A stretch of DNA of 64,000 nucleotides from Pseudomonadota bacterium (lineage in GTDB: Bacteria; Bdellovibrionota_B; Oligoflexia; Oligoflexales; CAIYRB01): the NCBI GenBank assembly GCA_031416315.1, contig JANOTL010000031.1, forward strand, positions 1 to 64,000. The letters run 5' to 3'. The notes beneath the pieces were generated by a model that was not told the DNA's origin, ran no database searches, and worked only from the letters and a program-made list of their open reading frames with translations. Positions within the stretch are counted from its first letter, which is position 1; every line of letters starts with the position of its first letter. Positions 48,583-57,916 of the stretch are shown here, piece after piece. Made by a program: the position numbers and the translations under genes.

Positions 48583-49253
48583 CCCACGCCGACGCCGTAC
48601 TCAGCCTCTCAGGCGTGCGCAAGAGCTATCCGCATCCCGCCGGCGAAGTCGAGGTCCTGCGTGGCGTCGATGCGCGCTTCGACCGGGGCGAGACCGTCGC
48701 CATCATCGGGCCTTCGGGCAGCGGCAAATCGACCCTGCTGTCGCTCTTGGCCGGCCTCGACAAACCCTCGGGCGGCGCCATCCATTTTCTCGGCCGCGAG
48801 ATCTCGCAGCTCTCCGAGCGCGACTTGACCGTTTGGCGCGCCGAGAACCTCGGTATCGTCTTCCAGCAGTTTCACCTGATGGCGCACCTGACCGCGGCCG
48901 AGAACGCCGCGTTGCCCCTCGACGTGCGCGGCGACCGGAGCGCGCGCGCAGCGGCAGCGCAAGCTTTGACCGACGTCGGCCTGGGGCATAGGCAGGATCA
49001 CTACCCGCACGAAATGAGCGGCGGCGAGTGTCAACGCGTGGCGATCGCGCGCGCCCTCGTCGTAAAGCCGCGCCTCCTGCTCGCCGACGAGCCGAGCGGC
49101 AACTTGGATACGAAAACGGGCGAGCACGTGATGGACCTGCTCTTCGATCTGGCGAAGCAAAAGCAGACCACGCTCATCTTGGTGACCCACAACGAACTCC
49201 TCGCCGCGCGTTGTGACCGCCGGCTTGCCTTGAGCGAAGGACGGCTCGTCTGA
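48579..49253 (+). CDS. ABC transporter ATP-binding protein (YbbA/LolD-like)
   Basis: GPSGSGKST, MSGGECQRVA, ADEPSGNLD, VTH. Confidence 0.93.
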   Translation: MTHADAVLSLSGVRKSYPHPAGEVEVLRGVDARFDRGETVAIIGPSGSGKSTLLSLLAGLDKPSGGAIHFLGREISQLSERDLTVWRAENLGIVFQQFHLMAHLTAAENAALPLDVRGDRSARAAAAQALTDVGLGHRQDHYPHEMSGGECQRVAIARALVVKPRLLLADEPSGNLDTKTGEHVMDLLFDLAKQKQTTLILVTHNELLAARCDRRLALSEGRLV

Positions 49254-51850
49254 TGCGCGCGCCCTTCTGGCTGCGGCTCGCGTGGGCGGAGATTCGCGGC
49301 GGGCGCGGCTTCGCGGCGAGCTTCGTGCTCAATTTGGCGATCGGGCTCGTCGGCTTTCTTGCGGTCGACGCGCTGCGTGCCGCGGTGACGACGAACTTGG
49401 ACCGCCGCTCGAAGTCGATCCTCGCGGCGGATCTGGGGATCTCGTCGAACGTGCCGTTTACCGACGAAGAGAAGGCGAAAGCGCTCGCGCTCCTGCCGCA
49501 GGGCTCGGTGGCGCGCGAAGAGACGGGAATGCTCTCGATGGTGGCGGCCACGGCCGCCGCCGAGCCCGAAGCTGGCGCCTCGAGCCGGCTCGTCGCCTTG
49601 CGGGCCATCGACCCGGCCTATCCCTTCTACGGCGCGCCGATGCTCCGCGTCGGTGGCGAGATGAAGCCCGGGGCCGCCGACGTCCTGCAGAAGGACCACA
49701 TCGTCTGGGTCTATCCCGAGGTCTTGGCTCAGCTTGGCGCCAAGGTCGGCGACGAGCTGAAGATCGGCGGCACGCGTTTCCGCATCGCCGACGTCGTCGA
49801 GCAAGATCCCTCGATCGGCGCCGTCGGGTTGGCGATGGCGCCGAAAGTCTTCATGGGCCGCGCCTTCCTGAAGGACACCGGCCTCGTCACGATCGGGAGC
49901 CGCGTCCAACATCAGGTGCTTTACAAAGTCCCTATCCCGGCCGATCCAGCAGAAGAGCTGACCCTCGTCGACGACCTCGCGAAAACGCTGCGCCAGGCCC
50001 TCCCCGGCCGCGAGATGCGCGTCACGACGCATCGCAACGCCAGCGAGGACACCAACCGCCTCCTGATTTATCTCAACGACTACCTCGGCCTCTTGGCCCT
50101 CGTGGCGCTCTTTCTCGCGGGCATCGGCTCCCTCTACCTCTTCCGTAGCTTCCTTGCGAAAAGGAGCCGCGACATCGCGATCCTTCTCAGCGTGGGCGCG
50201 AAGCCGAGCACCGCCGTGCTGATCCACATCGTCCAGCTCGCGATCCTGGGCGCGATGGCGGCCCTCTTCGCGCTGGCGCTCACGGCAGGCGTCCTGCCGC
50301 TCCTGCCGAAGCTCCTCGGAAAGATCGCGCCGGAAGGGCTGACGCCGGGACTCACCTTCTCCAGCGCGCTTCTCGCATTCGGCATGGGCGTCCTCGGCAG
50401 CATCCTTTTCTGCTTGCCGACCCTTTTGCGCATTCCGACGATCAAGCCGTCGGCCCTTTTCCAAGAGGCCGCGCTGCCGGCGCCCGATCTGTCGCGTCGC
50501 CAGGTGATCTCTTGGCTCGTCATCGGCTTCGTCGCCTGGCGTCTCGCCGTCTACGAGGCGCACTCAGTGAAGGTCGGCACGATCTTTGTCGCCGGCGTCC
50601 TCGGGGCCAGCGTCGTGCTCGCGGCGCTAGGCTACGGCCTCGCCGCCCTCGCGGCGCGCGCCAAGCGCTTCTCCGGCTTTCGCTTTCGGCTCGCCGCGCT
50701 GGCGTTGGCCCGCCGGCGCGGCGCGACCCTCGCCTCGTTCCTGGCGCTGTCGCTCGGCGCGCTCCTCGTCACCGTCGTCCCGCAGATTCGCGGCATCCTC
50801 ACGGACGAGTTCGCCATGGCGAGCGGCGCGACGCCGCCGAGCCTCTTCATGTTCGACATTCAAGACGAGCAGCTCGACGGGCTCAAGAACTTGCTCAAGG
50901 ATAAGCGAGTGACGCTGCAGTATGCGTCGCCGATGATCCGCGCGCGCCTCACGCACGTGAACGGCAACGAGCTGCCGAAAGCGGGCGAAGGCGAAGCCGA
51001 CACCGACACGCGCGAGGGTCAAGAGCGCGAGCGGATGAAGTCGCGATCCTACAACCTGTCCTATCGCAGCGCGCTGGCGCCATCGGAGACCCTGGTTGCA
51101 GGAACGACCTTCGCGGCGAAGCCGGAGAGCGGCCTGCCGGGAATCTCGCTCGAGGTGCGCTTCGCCGAGCGTCTTGGACTCGGGCTCGGCGACAAGATGA
51201 GCTTCGACATCCAAGGCGTCGCCGTCGAGGGCGAGGTCCAGAACCTGCGAAAGGTGCGCTGGACGAGCTTCGAGCCGAACTTCTTCGTGCAGTTCGCGCC
51301 CGGCGTGCTCGAGGACGCGCCCAAGACGCACGTCGCGATCGTGAGCGGGCTTGCGCGTGAGGCCAAGATCGCGTTGCAGACCGACGTGGTCGCGGCTTTC
51401 CCGAACGTCGCACTCATCGACGTCGACGCCGCGGTGGCGCGCATCCTCGAGGTCGTGGCGCAGATCACTCGGACGGTCGCCTTCATGGCGATCGTCGCGC
51501 TCCTTGCGGGAATTGCCGTGCTGTACGCGATCGCCGCGCACAAAGCTCGCGAGAAGGCGCGCGACGTCGCCCTTTTGAAGGCGCTCGGCGCGTCGTTCGG
51601 CGCCGTCCGCGACATGCTCGCAATCGAGTTCGCGCTTCTCGGCCTGGCGGCGGGCACTGCCGGCACGATTGCCGGCACCGGCGTGAGCTTCGTCGTCGCT
51701 CAGCTCGTCTTCGATCGCAGCTGGCGCTTCGACCCGGTGATTCCCATCGTCGCGGCAATCTCGGTGACGGCGCTCTGCGTAGGCGTCGGCTACGTCGCGG
51801 TGCGTCGCGCCCTGGCGACGCATCCGGCGAGCCTGCTCACGGCGGGTTGA
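49253..51850 (+). CDS. ABC transporter permease (YbbP-like, duplicated FtsX domain)
   Basis: YPFYG, PSLFMFDIQ, VRWTSFEPNFF, LLKALGA. Confidence 0.92.
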   Translation: MRAPFWLRLAWAEIRGGRGFAASFVLNLAIGLVGFLAVDALRAAVTTNLDRRSKSILAADLGISSNVPFTDEEKAKALALLPQGSVAREETGMLSMVAATAAAEPEAGASSRLVALRAIDPAYPFYGAPMLRVGGEMKPGAADVLQKDHIVWVYPEVLAQLGAKVGDELKIGGTRFRIADVVEQDPSIGAVGLAMAPKVFMGRAFLKDTGLVTIGSRVQHQVLYKVPIPADPAEELTLVDDLAKTLRQALPGREMRVTTHRNASEDTNRLLIYLNDYLGLLALVALFLAGIGSLYLFRSFLAKRSRDIAILLSVGAKPSTAVLIHIVQLAILGAMAALFALALTAGVLPLLPKLLGKIAPEGLTPGLTFSSALLAFGMGVLGSILFCLPTLLRIPTIKPSALFQEAALPAPDLSRRQVISWLVIGFVAWRLAVYEAHSVKVGTIFVAGVLGASVVLAALGYGLAALAARAKRFSGFRFRLAALALARRRGATLASFLALSLGALLVTVVPQIRGILTDEFAMASGATPPSLFMFDIQDEQLDGLKNLLKDKRVTLQYASPMIRARLTHVNGNELPKAGEGEADTDTREGQERERMKSRSYNLSYRSALAPSETLVAGTTFAAKPESGLPGISLEVRFAERLGLGLGDKMSFDIQGVAVEGEVQNLRKVRWTSFEPNFFVQFAPGVLEDAPKTHVAIVSGLAREAKIALQTDVVAAFPNVALIDVDAAVARILEVVAQITRTVAFMAIVALLAGIAVLYAIAAHKAREKARDVALLKALGASFGAVRDMLAIEFALLGLAAGTAGTIAGTGVSFVVAQLVFDRSWRFDPVIPIVAAISVTALCVGVGYVAVRRALATHPASLLTAG

Positions 51851-53303
51851 GGTAGACGAGCGAGCTCGCGCGCTGCGGATCGCGCGGATCGGCCATGACG
51901 AGCTCGTCCTTCCCGTCGGCGTCCAAGTCGACCAAGATCGCCTCGGCACCGATCTCGGCCTCGAGCTTTGCCTCGCTCACGAGCCTGACGCCACCGCCTT
52001 CGGTCGTTACGTTCATCACCTCGACGTACTGCTTGTCGCCGAAGAAGAGCGCGCGCTTTCCGGCGCCGAAACGCGTCGACCACAGCGGCAGTGCGCCTAG
52101 GATCGCGTTGAAGTTCTTGAAGTCGACCGGCCATTTGACGGTGTGGAGCAGGGCTTCTTCCTCGACGAGCTTTCCACCTCGGTTCTTGAACCAGACGAAC
52201 TCGATCGTCGCACGGCGCGAAAGCACGATCCCCATCAGCTCCGACCAGCCGAGGTCGGCGACCGGAGCCACGAGGTCGGTCTTGCCGTCGCCGTCGAGGT
52301 CGAGCCATTCCTGGTAGTTGAAGTAACCTCGGCGCGACAGGGTTTGGTCGGCCTTGGTCGAGAAGGCGCCACCCGGCTTTTGGTGGTGGATGTAAAGCGT
52401 CGATTCCATGTCGGTGACGCTGAAGCGGCTCTTGCGGATCACGAGATCGGCCTTGCCGTCCCCCGTCAGCTCGACGAAATGGGTATAGACGCGAAGGCTC
52501 TGATCTTTGCGCTCCGCCTCCGTAAGTAGGGAGAACGTCTGTGCTGCGCCCGGCGTCGGCGGGAAGCCGCCGCTCGCGTTCTGAAGATGGCAGGCGACTC
52601 GCTCGTCCGCCGCCAAGCAGAGGTCCTTCCGCCCGTCGCCGTCGAAGTCGACGAAACCGACCTCGGCGAAGTCGATGCGTAGGGCAAAACGCTGCGTTCG
52701 CTCCAAGGCGTCGCCACGGATCGGCTGGCCGAAGGGGCGGAGCTCGCCGATTTGCGGGACAGTGCCGACGCGCTTGCCGGCGCGGAAGAGCGCAAGACCC
52801 TCGGTGACGGGCAGCACGACGAGCTGCGGCGCGTCCGCCGCCAACTCGAAGCACAGACGCATGCGCGGGAATTCCTCGCGTGCACGGTAGAGGAAGAGCG
52901 TCGGCGTGCGGATCACTGGCGTCTCGCTGCCGACCGCGTAGATTCCGTCCGGGCGCAGGAGAACGACGGTGTTAGGCCCGTCGGGCGCGCCGAGCTTGCA
53001 CAGATCCCAGCCGACCGCAGCATCGGGAATCGCGACCGAGCGCGCGACTTTCAGCTTGGCGCCGTCCTTGTCGAACCAGACGAGCTTGCGAGACGGGAGG
53101 GACCCGGCGGCTCGCGCCCGCGTCTCGGCGAGGAAGACGGCGAGATCGCTGCCTTTCCCACCGGCTCGCGGCACCGCGACCGTCGCAAGGACGTCGCCGT
53201 CCAGACGGAGGCGCTCGGCGGCGGCGAGGGGCACGGCGACGAGGGGCACGGCGACGAGTGAAAAATACACAAATACGATAAATATTAGTATGTTACATGT
53301 CAT
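51837..53303 (-). CDS. FG-GAP/VCBS repeat secreted protein
   Basis: DFDGDGRKDL, ELTGDGKADL, DLDGDGKTDL, DLDADGKDEL; start uncertain. Confidence 0.85.
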   Translation of the reverse strand: MTCNILIFIVFVYFSLVAVPLVAVPLAAAERLRLDGDVLATVAVPRAGGKGSDLAVFLAETRARAAGSLPSRKLVWFDKDGAKLKVARSVAIPDAAVGWDLCKLGAPDGPNTVVLLRPDGIYAVGSETPVIRTPTLFLYRAREEFPRMRLCFELAADAPQLVVLPVTEGLALFRAGKRVGTVPQIGELRPFGQPIRGDALERTQRFALRIDFAEVGFVDFDGDGRKDLCLAADERVACHLQNASGGFPPTPGAAQTFSLLTEAERKDQSLRVYTHFVELTGDGKADLVIRKSRFSVTDMESTLYIHHQKPGGAFSTKADQTLSRRGYFNYQEWLDLDGDGKTDLVAPVADLGWSELMGIVLSRRATIEFVWFKNRGGKLVEEEALLHTVKWPVDFKNFNAILGALPLWSTRFGAGKRALFFGDKQYVEVMNVTTEGGGVRLVSEAKLEAEIGAEAILVDLDADGKDELVMADPRDPQRASSLVYLNPP

Positions 53304-53304
53304 T

Positions 53305-53333
53305 TTGACTTCGAAACCGACCTCGACTATAAA
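53305..53333 (+). promoter_or_regulatory. Sigma70-type promoter of rlmN
   Basis: TTGACT-N17-TATAAA preceded by an AT-rich UP-like tract. Confidence 0.75.
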
Positions 53334-53377
53334 GTAATGCTTCTCGCCCTGATTTCTAATGAAACGAAGCCCATTCC

Positions 53378-54499
53378 ATGAGCGCCTCGATTCCCGCCAA
53401 ACCGCATTATCTGAGCTTGTCCCCCGAGCGTATGCGCGAGCTCTTTGCGGGCTGGGGCGAGCCGGCTTATCGGGCTCAACAGATCAGCGACTGGGTTTTC
53501 AAGCGCCGCGCCGCTTCGCCCGAGGCCATGACCAATCTATCGCAAGCCTTGCGTCAGCGCTTGGCCGAAGAGTTCGCCTGGGACCTGCCGGAGATCGTCT
53601 CGAAGCTCGACGGCCAGGACGGCTCGACGAAGCTCCTCTTCAAGAGCGAGCGTGGCTACATCGAATCGGTGATCCTCCGCTACGAAGGCCGCACGAGTCT
53701 CTGCGTCTCGAGCCAGGTCGGCTGCAAGTTGGCTTGCAGCTTCTGCCAGACGGGCAAGCTCGGCTTCGTGCGCCACCTCTCTGCGGCGGAGATCCTCGCG
53801 CAGTACGTCACCGCAGAGCAGATCGTCCGTCCGGAGGGACGTCGCGTCTCTCACGTGGTCTTCATGGGCATGGGCGAGCCCTTGGACAACTACGACAACG
53901 TCGTCCAAGCCGTGAACGCGCTGGTCCGCCCGGAGGCTTTCGGCCTCAGCGCGCGCCACGTCACAGTCTCGACCTCCGGCATGGTGCCGCGCATTCGGAC
54001 GCTGGCCACCGACGTGCGCGCCGCGCTTGCCGTGTCGCTCCACGCCGCCCGCGACGACCTCCGCACCGAGCTCATGCCGATCAACCGCAAGTATCCGCTC
54101 GCGGAGCTGAAGGCGGCGCTCGTCGACTACCAAAAGGCGACCGGCGACAAGATCACGATCGAGTACATCCTCATCAAGGACAAGAACTGCGGCCTACGCG
54201 AGGCGAAGGAGCTGGTGAAGTTCATCCACGGCCTCAAGGCCAAGGTCAATCTCATCCCCTTCAACGCGCACCCCGGCTTGCCTTACCAGCGGCCGGAGGC
54301 CGAGGACATCCGGCTCTTCCAAAGCTACTTGGCGGAGCGGTCGACGCCGGCGCCGGTGCGCTACTCGAAAGGGCTCGAGGTGTCGGGCGCATGCGGTCAG
54401 CTGGCGGCAAAACAGCTCGAAAGCTTGGAGGAGACGCCGCTTCGGGCGCGCGTCCTCACCGAGGCGCGTCCCCATGCCGAAGTTCGCGCTCCGGGCTGA
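53378..54499 (+). CDS. rlmN: Dual-specificity RNA methyltransferase RlmN
   Basis: CVSSQVGCKLACSFCQTG, FMGMGEP, VSLHA, NLIPFN, GACGQL. Confidence 0.96.
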   Translation: MSASIPAKPHYLSLSPERMRELFAGWGEPAYRAQQISDWVFKRRAASPEAMTNLSQALRQRLAEEFAWDLPEIVSKLDGQDGSTKLLFKSERGYIESVILRYEGRTSLCVSSQVGCKLACSFCQTGKLGFVRHLSAAEILAQYVTAEQIVRPEGRRVSHVVFMGMGEPLDNYDNVVQAVNALVRPEAFGLSARHVTVSTSGMVPRIRTLATDVRAALAVSLHAARDDLRTELMPINRKYPLAELKAALVDYQKATGDKITIEYILIKDKNCGLREAKELVKFIHGLKAKVNLIPFNAHPGLPYQRPEAEDIRLFQSYLAERSTPAPVRYSKGLEVSGACGQLAAKQLESLEETPLRARVLTEARPHAEVRAPG

Positions 54500-54501
54500 G
54501 C

Positions 54502-55830
54502 TCAGTCCTTCCAGAGCTCGTCGATCCACGACGCTTTGCCGTCTTCCTGCGGCGTCTTCAGCTTCATCTTGCGGCGGATGCCGGTGATCTCCCAGCCGGT
54601 GAGCGCAGCGAGCGTCTGCGCCTCCTTCTCGAAGCGCTGGACCAGGCTCTTTTTGTAGCCGTCCGCTGCCGGGCACTCCATCGCGCCCGTCCATGGATGT
54701 TGGAGCACGTAGCGGCCCTGGAAATTATTGGTGTCGCTCGTGACTTGGAAAAGCAGGTCTTCGGGGAAGCTCTTGGCGTCGTAACGCAGGTGTAAGCGCG
54801 TCAGGAAGACTTTCGGCCCTGAGCCGCGCAGCGAGTCCTCGCCTTTGGGCAGCCAAAAGACGCCGAGCTTCCGCAGCTCGCTCGGGGTCAAGGGGTCGGC
54901 GGCGCAAGGATCGCACCAGCCCATGTCCCAGGCGTACTCGAGGTAGACGGCCTTCATCGCGTCCTTCTTCACCTGCTGGTCGAACATGGCGCGGTAAAAG
55001 GCGGGGAACTCGTCTTTCACGTATACGGGCACGTTGTCTCCCGTGGCGATTTTCGCGCTGCGGTAGTTGGACGGCTCGACGCGCCCCTTCTTGGTCAAGG
55101 CGAAGACGAACAGCTCCTGGGGGCCGTCGGCGTTCAAGGTTCCGAGACGGATCGGCAGGTCGAAGCGGCTGGACTCGAAGGCGACCTGCAAGGGGCGCAG
55201 GTAGGTGAGGCCCGCTTTCGCCTTCTCCTTCAAGTTCACCTTCGCGACGAAGAACTTCATCTTGCGCTTGATGTAACCGGAGAGGATGGGGCCCGCGCCT
55301 TTCGGCAGCTTGTAGCCGTTCTGCTTCAGCCACGTCGAAAGGCCGTCGCTTTCCTTCGCCGAGAGGACGACGATGTCGTACTCGCCGACCGTGTACTCCG
55401 CTTCGACGGTGACGCCGTTTTTGGCGGCGATCTTGCCGACGCCGAGGCCGAGCTTCGAGAGGTTGACGCCGCTCGCGCTTCTCTGTTTCGTGGGCATGGG
55501 ATTGCACGGGTCACCGTCGAAATACTCGACGACGCGCGGCGCGGAGTACGCGTCGAGGTGGTCGAGGAGATCGGGCGTCGCGACGTTCACCTGCTTGCGC
55601 TCGATGACCGAGGGAACGGGCACGACCATGGCGAACTCTTTCGGGTCGCCTTGGTAGTCGCTCGCCATGGTGACGACGGTCCTACCGTCGTCGCGCACCA
55701 GGACGACCTTCGACGCCTTATTGAAGAGCTTGGTGTCAGCCTTGGCGACGTAAAAGCCGCAGAACGCTTGCGCGCTAGACGCGTACAGGACCAGGCCGAG
55801 CGCCAGCAGCGCCTTCGGAAGCTTTGCCAT
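54502..55830 (-). CDS. DUF2330 domain secreted protein
   Basis: AFCGFYVA, FAMVVPVP, SAPR, WL..NGY, EYAWD..WCDPC, LTRLH. Confidence 0.88.
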   Translation of the reverse strand: MAKLPKALLALGLVLYASSAQAFCGFYVAKADTKLFNKASKVVLVRDDGRTVVTMASDYQGDPKEFAMVVPVPSVIERKQVNVATPDLLDHLDAYSAPRVVEYFDGDPCNPMPTKQRSASGVNLSKLGLGVGKIAAKNGVTVEAEYTVGEYDIVVLSAKESDGLSTWLKQNGYKLPKGAGPILSGYIKRKMKFFVAKVNLKEKAKAGLTYLRPLQVAFESSRFDLPIRLGTLNADGPQELFVFALTKKGRVEPSNYRSAKIATGDNVPVYVKDEFPAFYRAMFDQQVKKDAMKAVYLEYAWDMGWCDPCAADPLTPSELRKLGVFWLPKGEDSLRGSGPKVFLTRLHLRYDAKSFPEDLLFQVTSDTNNFQGRYVLQHPWTGAMECPAADGYKKSLVQRFEKEAQTLAALTGWEITGIRRKMKLKTPQEDGKASWIDELWKD

Positions 55831-56656
55831 CGGGGACCTCATTGGCAAGGGGAAGGGGCCGCCCGGCGTGGGGACGGTCCCACGAATAGCGTGCGCCGCG
55901 CCACGCCTGATCCAGGAGCGGAGTGGCGAAGGACACCAAGAACAGCGCATAAAACAAGCCGCGAGGCTTGTACTCCCAGAACTGGACGTAGGCGCCGAGC
56001 GCGGCGACCGCGACCGCGAACACGAAGCGGCCGACGCGGCGGTCGGGCGTCGTCTTCGGGTCGGAGATCATGAAAAAGGCGAAGAGAACGAGCGCGCCGT
56101 TCTGCAGGTGATGCAGCGGGACTGTGACCGGGTCCTGGAGCCAGAGGGCTCGGCCGAAGACGATCGCGGCGTAGGCGCCGAGGAACATCAGACTGATGTC
56201 GGCTCGGTGCGCCCGAGTGACGACCATGACGCCGAGGGACGCCATCAAGAAAGCGAGGATGGCGGTCTGGCCCCATTGGCTAGGGCTGACCCAAACCTCC
56301 GGGGAGAACCAAAAGAGCAGGGCGGCGATCGCGCCGTTCGTCGGGTTGAAAACGTGCTTGCCGCGCCAACGCAGGGCGAACTTGCTGCCGATGGCGAGGA
56401 AGGCCGCGAAGCCCAGGTAGAACGGATTCTCGGCGCGCAGAAGGAGCGCGATGGAAAAGCAGGAAATGAGGGTGCTGCGCGCCTCGAAAGGGATCCGGGC
56501 GTAGCTTGCGCCGAGAAACTGCGTGCATAGGCCGATGGTGACGATCAGCGCGAAGCCGACCTTGGAGACGTCGAAGTCGAGCACGAAGGTGCCATAAAGC
56601 AGGAGGCTTCCGAGCACGGCGAGTTGAAAGTCGCGCGGGTCGCGGAATGGCCTCAT
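55775..56656 (-). CDS. RnfD/NqrB-like membrane protein
   Basis: DPRDFQ, AIGSKF..R..GKHVFNP, FFMISDPKTTP. Confidence 0.82.
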   Translation of the reverse strand: MRPFRDPRDFQLAVLGSLLLYGTFVLDFDVSKVGFALIVTIGLCTQFLGASYARIPFEARSTLISCFSIALLLRAENPFYLGFAAFLAIGSKFALRWRGKHVFNPTNGAIAALLFWFSPEVWVSPSQWGQTAILAFLMASLGVMVVTRAHRADISLMFLGAYAAIVFGRALWLQDPVTVPLHHLQNGALVLFAFFMISDPKTTPDRRVGRFVFAVAVAALGAYVQFWEYKPRGLFYALFLVSFATPLLDQAWRGARYSWDRPHAGRPLPLANEVPDGKASEGAAGARPGPVRV

Positions 56657-56658
56657 GC

Positions 56659-57897
56659 TTAGTTGCTCGTGCCGCCGGAGTCGTCGCCTCCGCCGCCCTC
56701 GTCTTTTTTCGGGCCAATTGGAGCGCCGCCGCCGCCACGAGGTCCGCGATCGCCGCGGCTTTGTTGCTTGCCGCCGCCGCCGCCGCCGCCGCCACGAGGC
56801 CCGCGATCGCCACCGCCACGAGGACCGCGGTCGCCACCGCCACCGCCGCCGGCACCACCGCCGCCGGCACCACCGCCGCCGGCACCACCGCCACCGCCGC
56901 GAGGTCCGCGCCCACCCTGTGGCGGCTTCGCCTCACCGACAGGAGCCTTAGGCTTGTCGTCCAGATCGGTGAGCGACGCGAGATCGAGGTCCTCGCCCCA
57001 CATCTCGGCCTCCGCCGCGTCGCCTTCGGGGCCGTCGTCGACCTCCTGCGGCGCACGCTCCTTCTTCTCCAGGATCTCGATGTCCTTGAGCTTCACCGTC
57101 ACGAGGCGCTCGTCCTCGGTCAGGAGCAGAAGATTCTGGTTCAGGACGTCGCCTTTCAGCACTGTGCCGATGATCCCGTCCTCGGGATGACGCACGCGGG
57201 TCCCGCGCGGTGGAATCTTTTTCCGCAGCTCGGTGTAGAGGTCGTTCTCGTAGGTCAGGCAGCACAAGAGCCGGCCGCAGCCGCCCGAGACCTTGCTCGG
57301 ATTGAGCGCGAGGTTCTGGTTCTTCGCCATCTTGATCGAGACGGGCACGAACTCGCGCAGGAAGCTCGAGCAGCAGAACTCGCGGCCACAGATCCCGAGC
57401 CCGCCGACGAGCTTGGCCTCGTCCCGCGCGCCGACCTGCTTCAGCTCGACTCTGGCTTTGAACGAGATCGCCAGGTCTTTCACCAGGTCGCGGAAATCGA
57501 CGCGGCCGGCGGCCGAGAAGTAGACGATGACCTTGTTGCCGCCGAACTGCACTTCCGCCGTCAAGACGCTCATCTTCAGCTGTAAGCGCTCGCAGCGCTC
57601 CTTCGCCATGCCCACGGCCGCTTCCACGGTGAGCTTCCGCGTCTCGTCGAGGTCGCGCTTGGTGGCCACGCGCATGATCGGCTTCAAGGACTTCGCATCT
57701 GCGTCGCCCTTCAGCTCGCCACGGAGGCCGTAGCGCAGGTCCGCGACTTTGGCTAACGATGGACCGCGCTCGGTGTCGACGATGACGTCGTCGCCGACCT
57801 TGAGATTCAGGCCGCCGGCGCTGAAATCGTAGATGCGGCCGGCGCGGCGGAACTGAACGCCGACCACGTTGATGCCATCCAGACTGGACATTGCCAT
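56659..57897 (-). CDS. ricT: PSP1/YaaT (RicT) family Fe-S protein with Gly/Arg-rich tail
   Basis: RVDFRDLVKDL, RDEAK..GGLGICGREFCC, MAKNQNL, SGGCGRLLCCL.YE. Confidence 0.92.
   Translation of the reverse strand: MAMSSLDGINVVGVQFRRAGRIYDFSAGGLNLKVGDDVIVDTERGPSLAKVADLRYGLRGELKGDADAKSLKPIMRVATKRDLDETRKLTVEAAVGMAKERCERLQLKMSVLTAEVQFGGNKVIVYFSAAGRVDFRDLVKDLAISFKARVELKQVGARDEAKLVGGLGICGREFCCSSFLREFVPVSIKMAKNQNLALNPSKVSGGCGRLLCCLTYENDLYTELRKKIPPRGTRVRHPEDGIIGTVLKGDVLNQNLLLLTEDERLVTVKLKDIEILEKKERAPQEVDDGPEGDAAEAEMWGEDLDLASLTDLDDKPKAPVGEAKPPQGGRGPRGGGGGAGGGGAGGGGAGGGGGGDRGPRGGGDRGPRGGGGGGGGKQQSRGDRGPRGGGGAPIGPKKDEGGGGDDSGGTSN
56670..56930 (-). repeat. Low-complexity Gly-rich coding repeats (GGGGA, DRGPRGGG)
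   Basis: Repeated CCG/CCA triplets and 15-bp GGCACCACCGCCGCC units on the + strand. Confidence 0.8.
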
Positions 57898-57916
57898 GAG
57901 GCTCGGATCCTTCGGT

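Noticed and set aside
47947..51850. tesA-ybbA-ybbP as a novel system
   Set aside because: This is a well-known conserved trio; only the co-directional layout differs from E. coli.
53225..53258. 15-bp tandem duplication near the FG-GAP gene start
   Set aside because: A simple in-frame duplication (LVAVP) in a signal peptide with no sign of wider function.
56670..56930. CRISPR-like or non-coding repeat array
   Set aside because: The repeats are in-frame Gly-rich codons with no unique spacers and no cas genes nearby.
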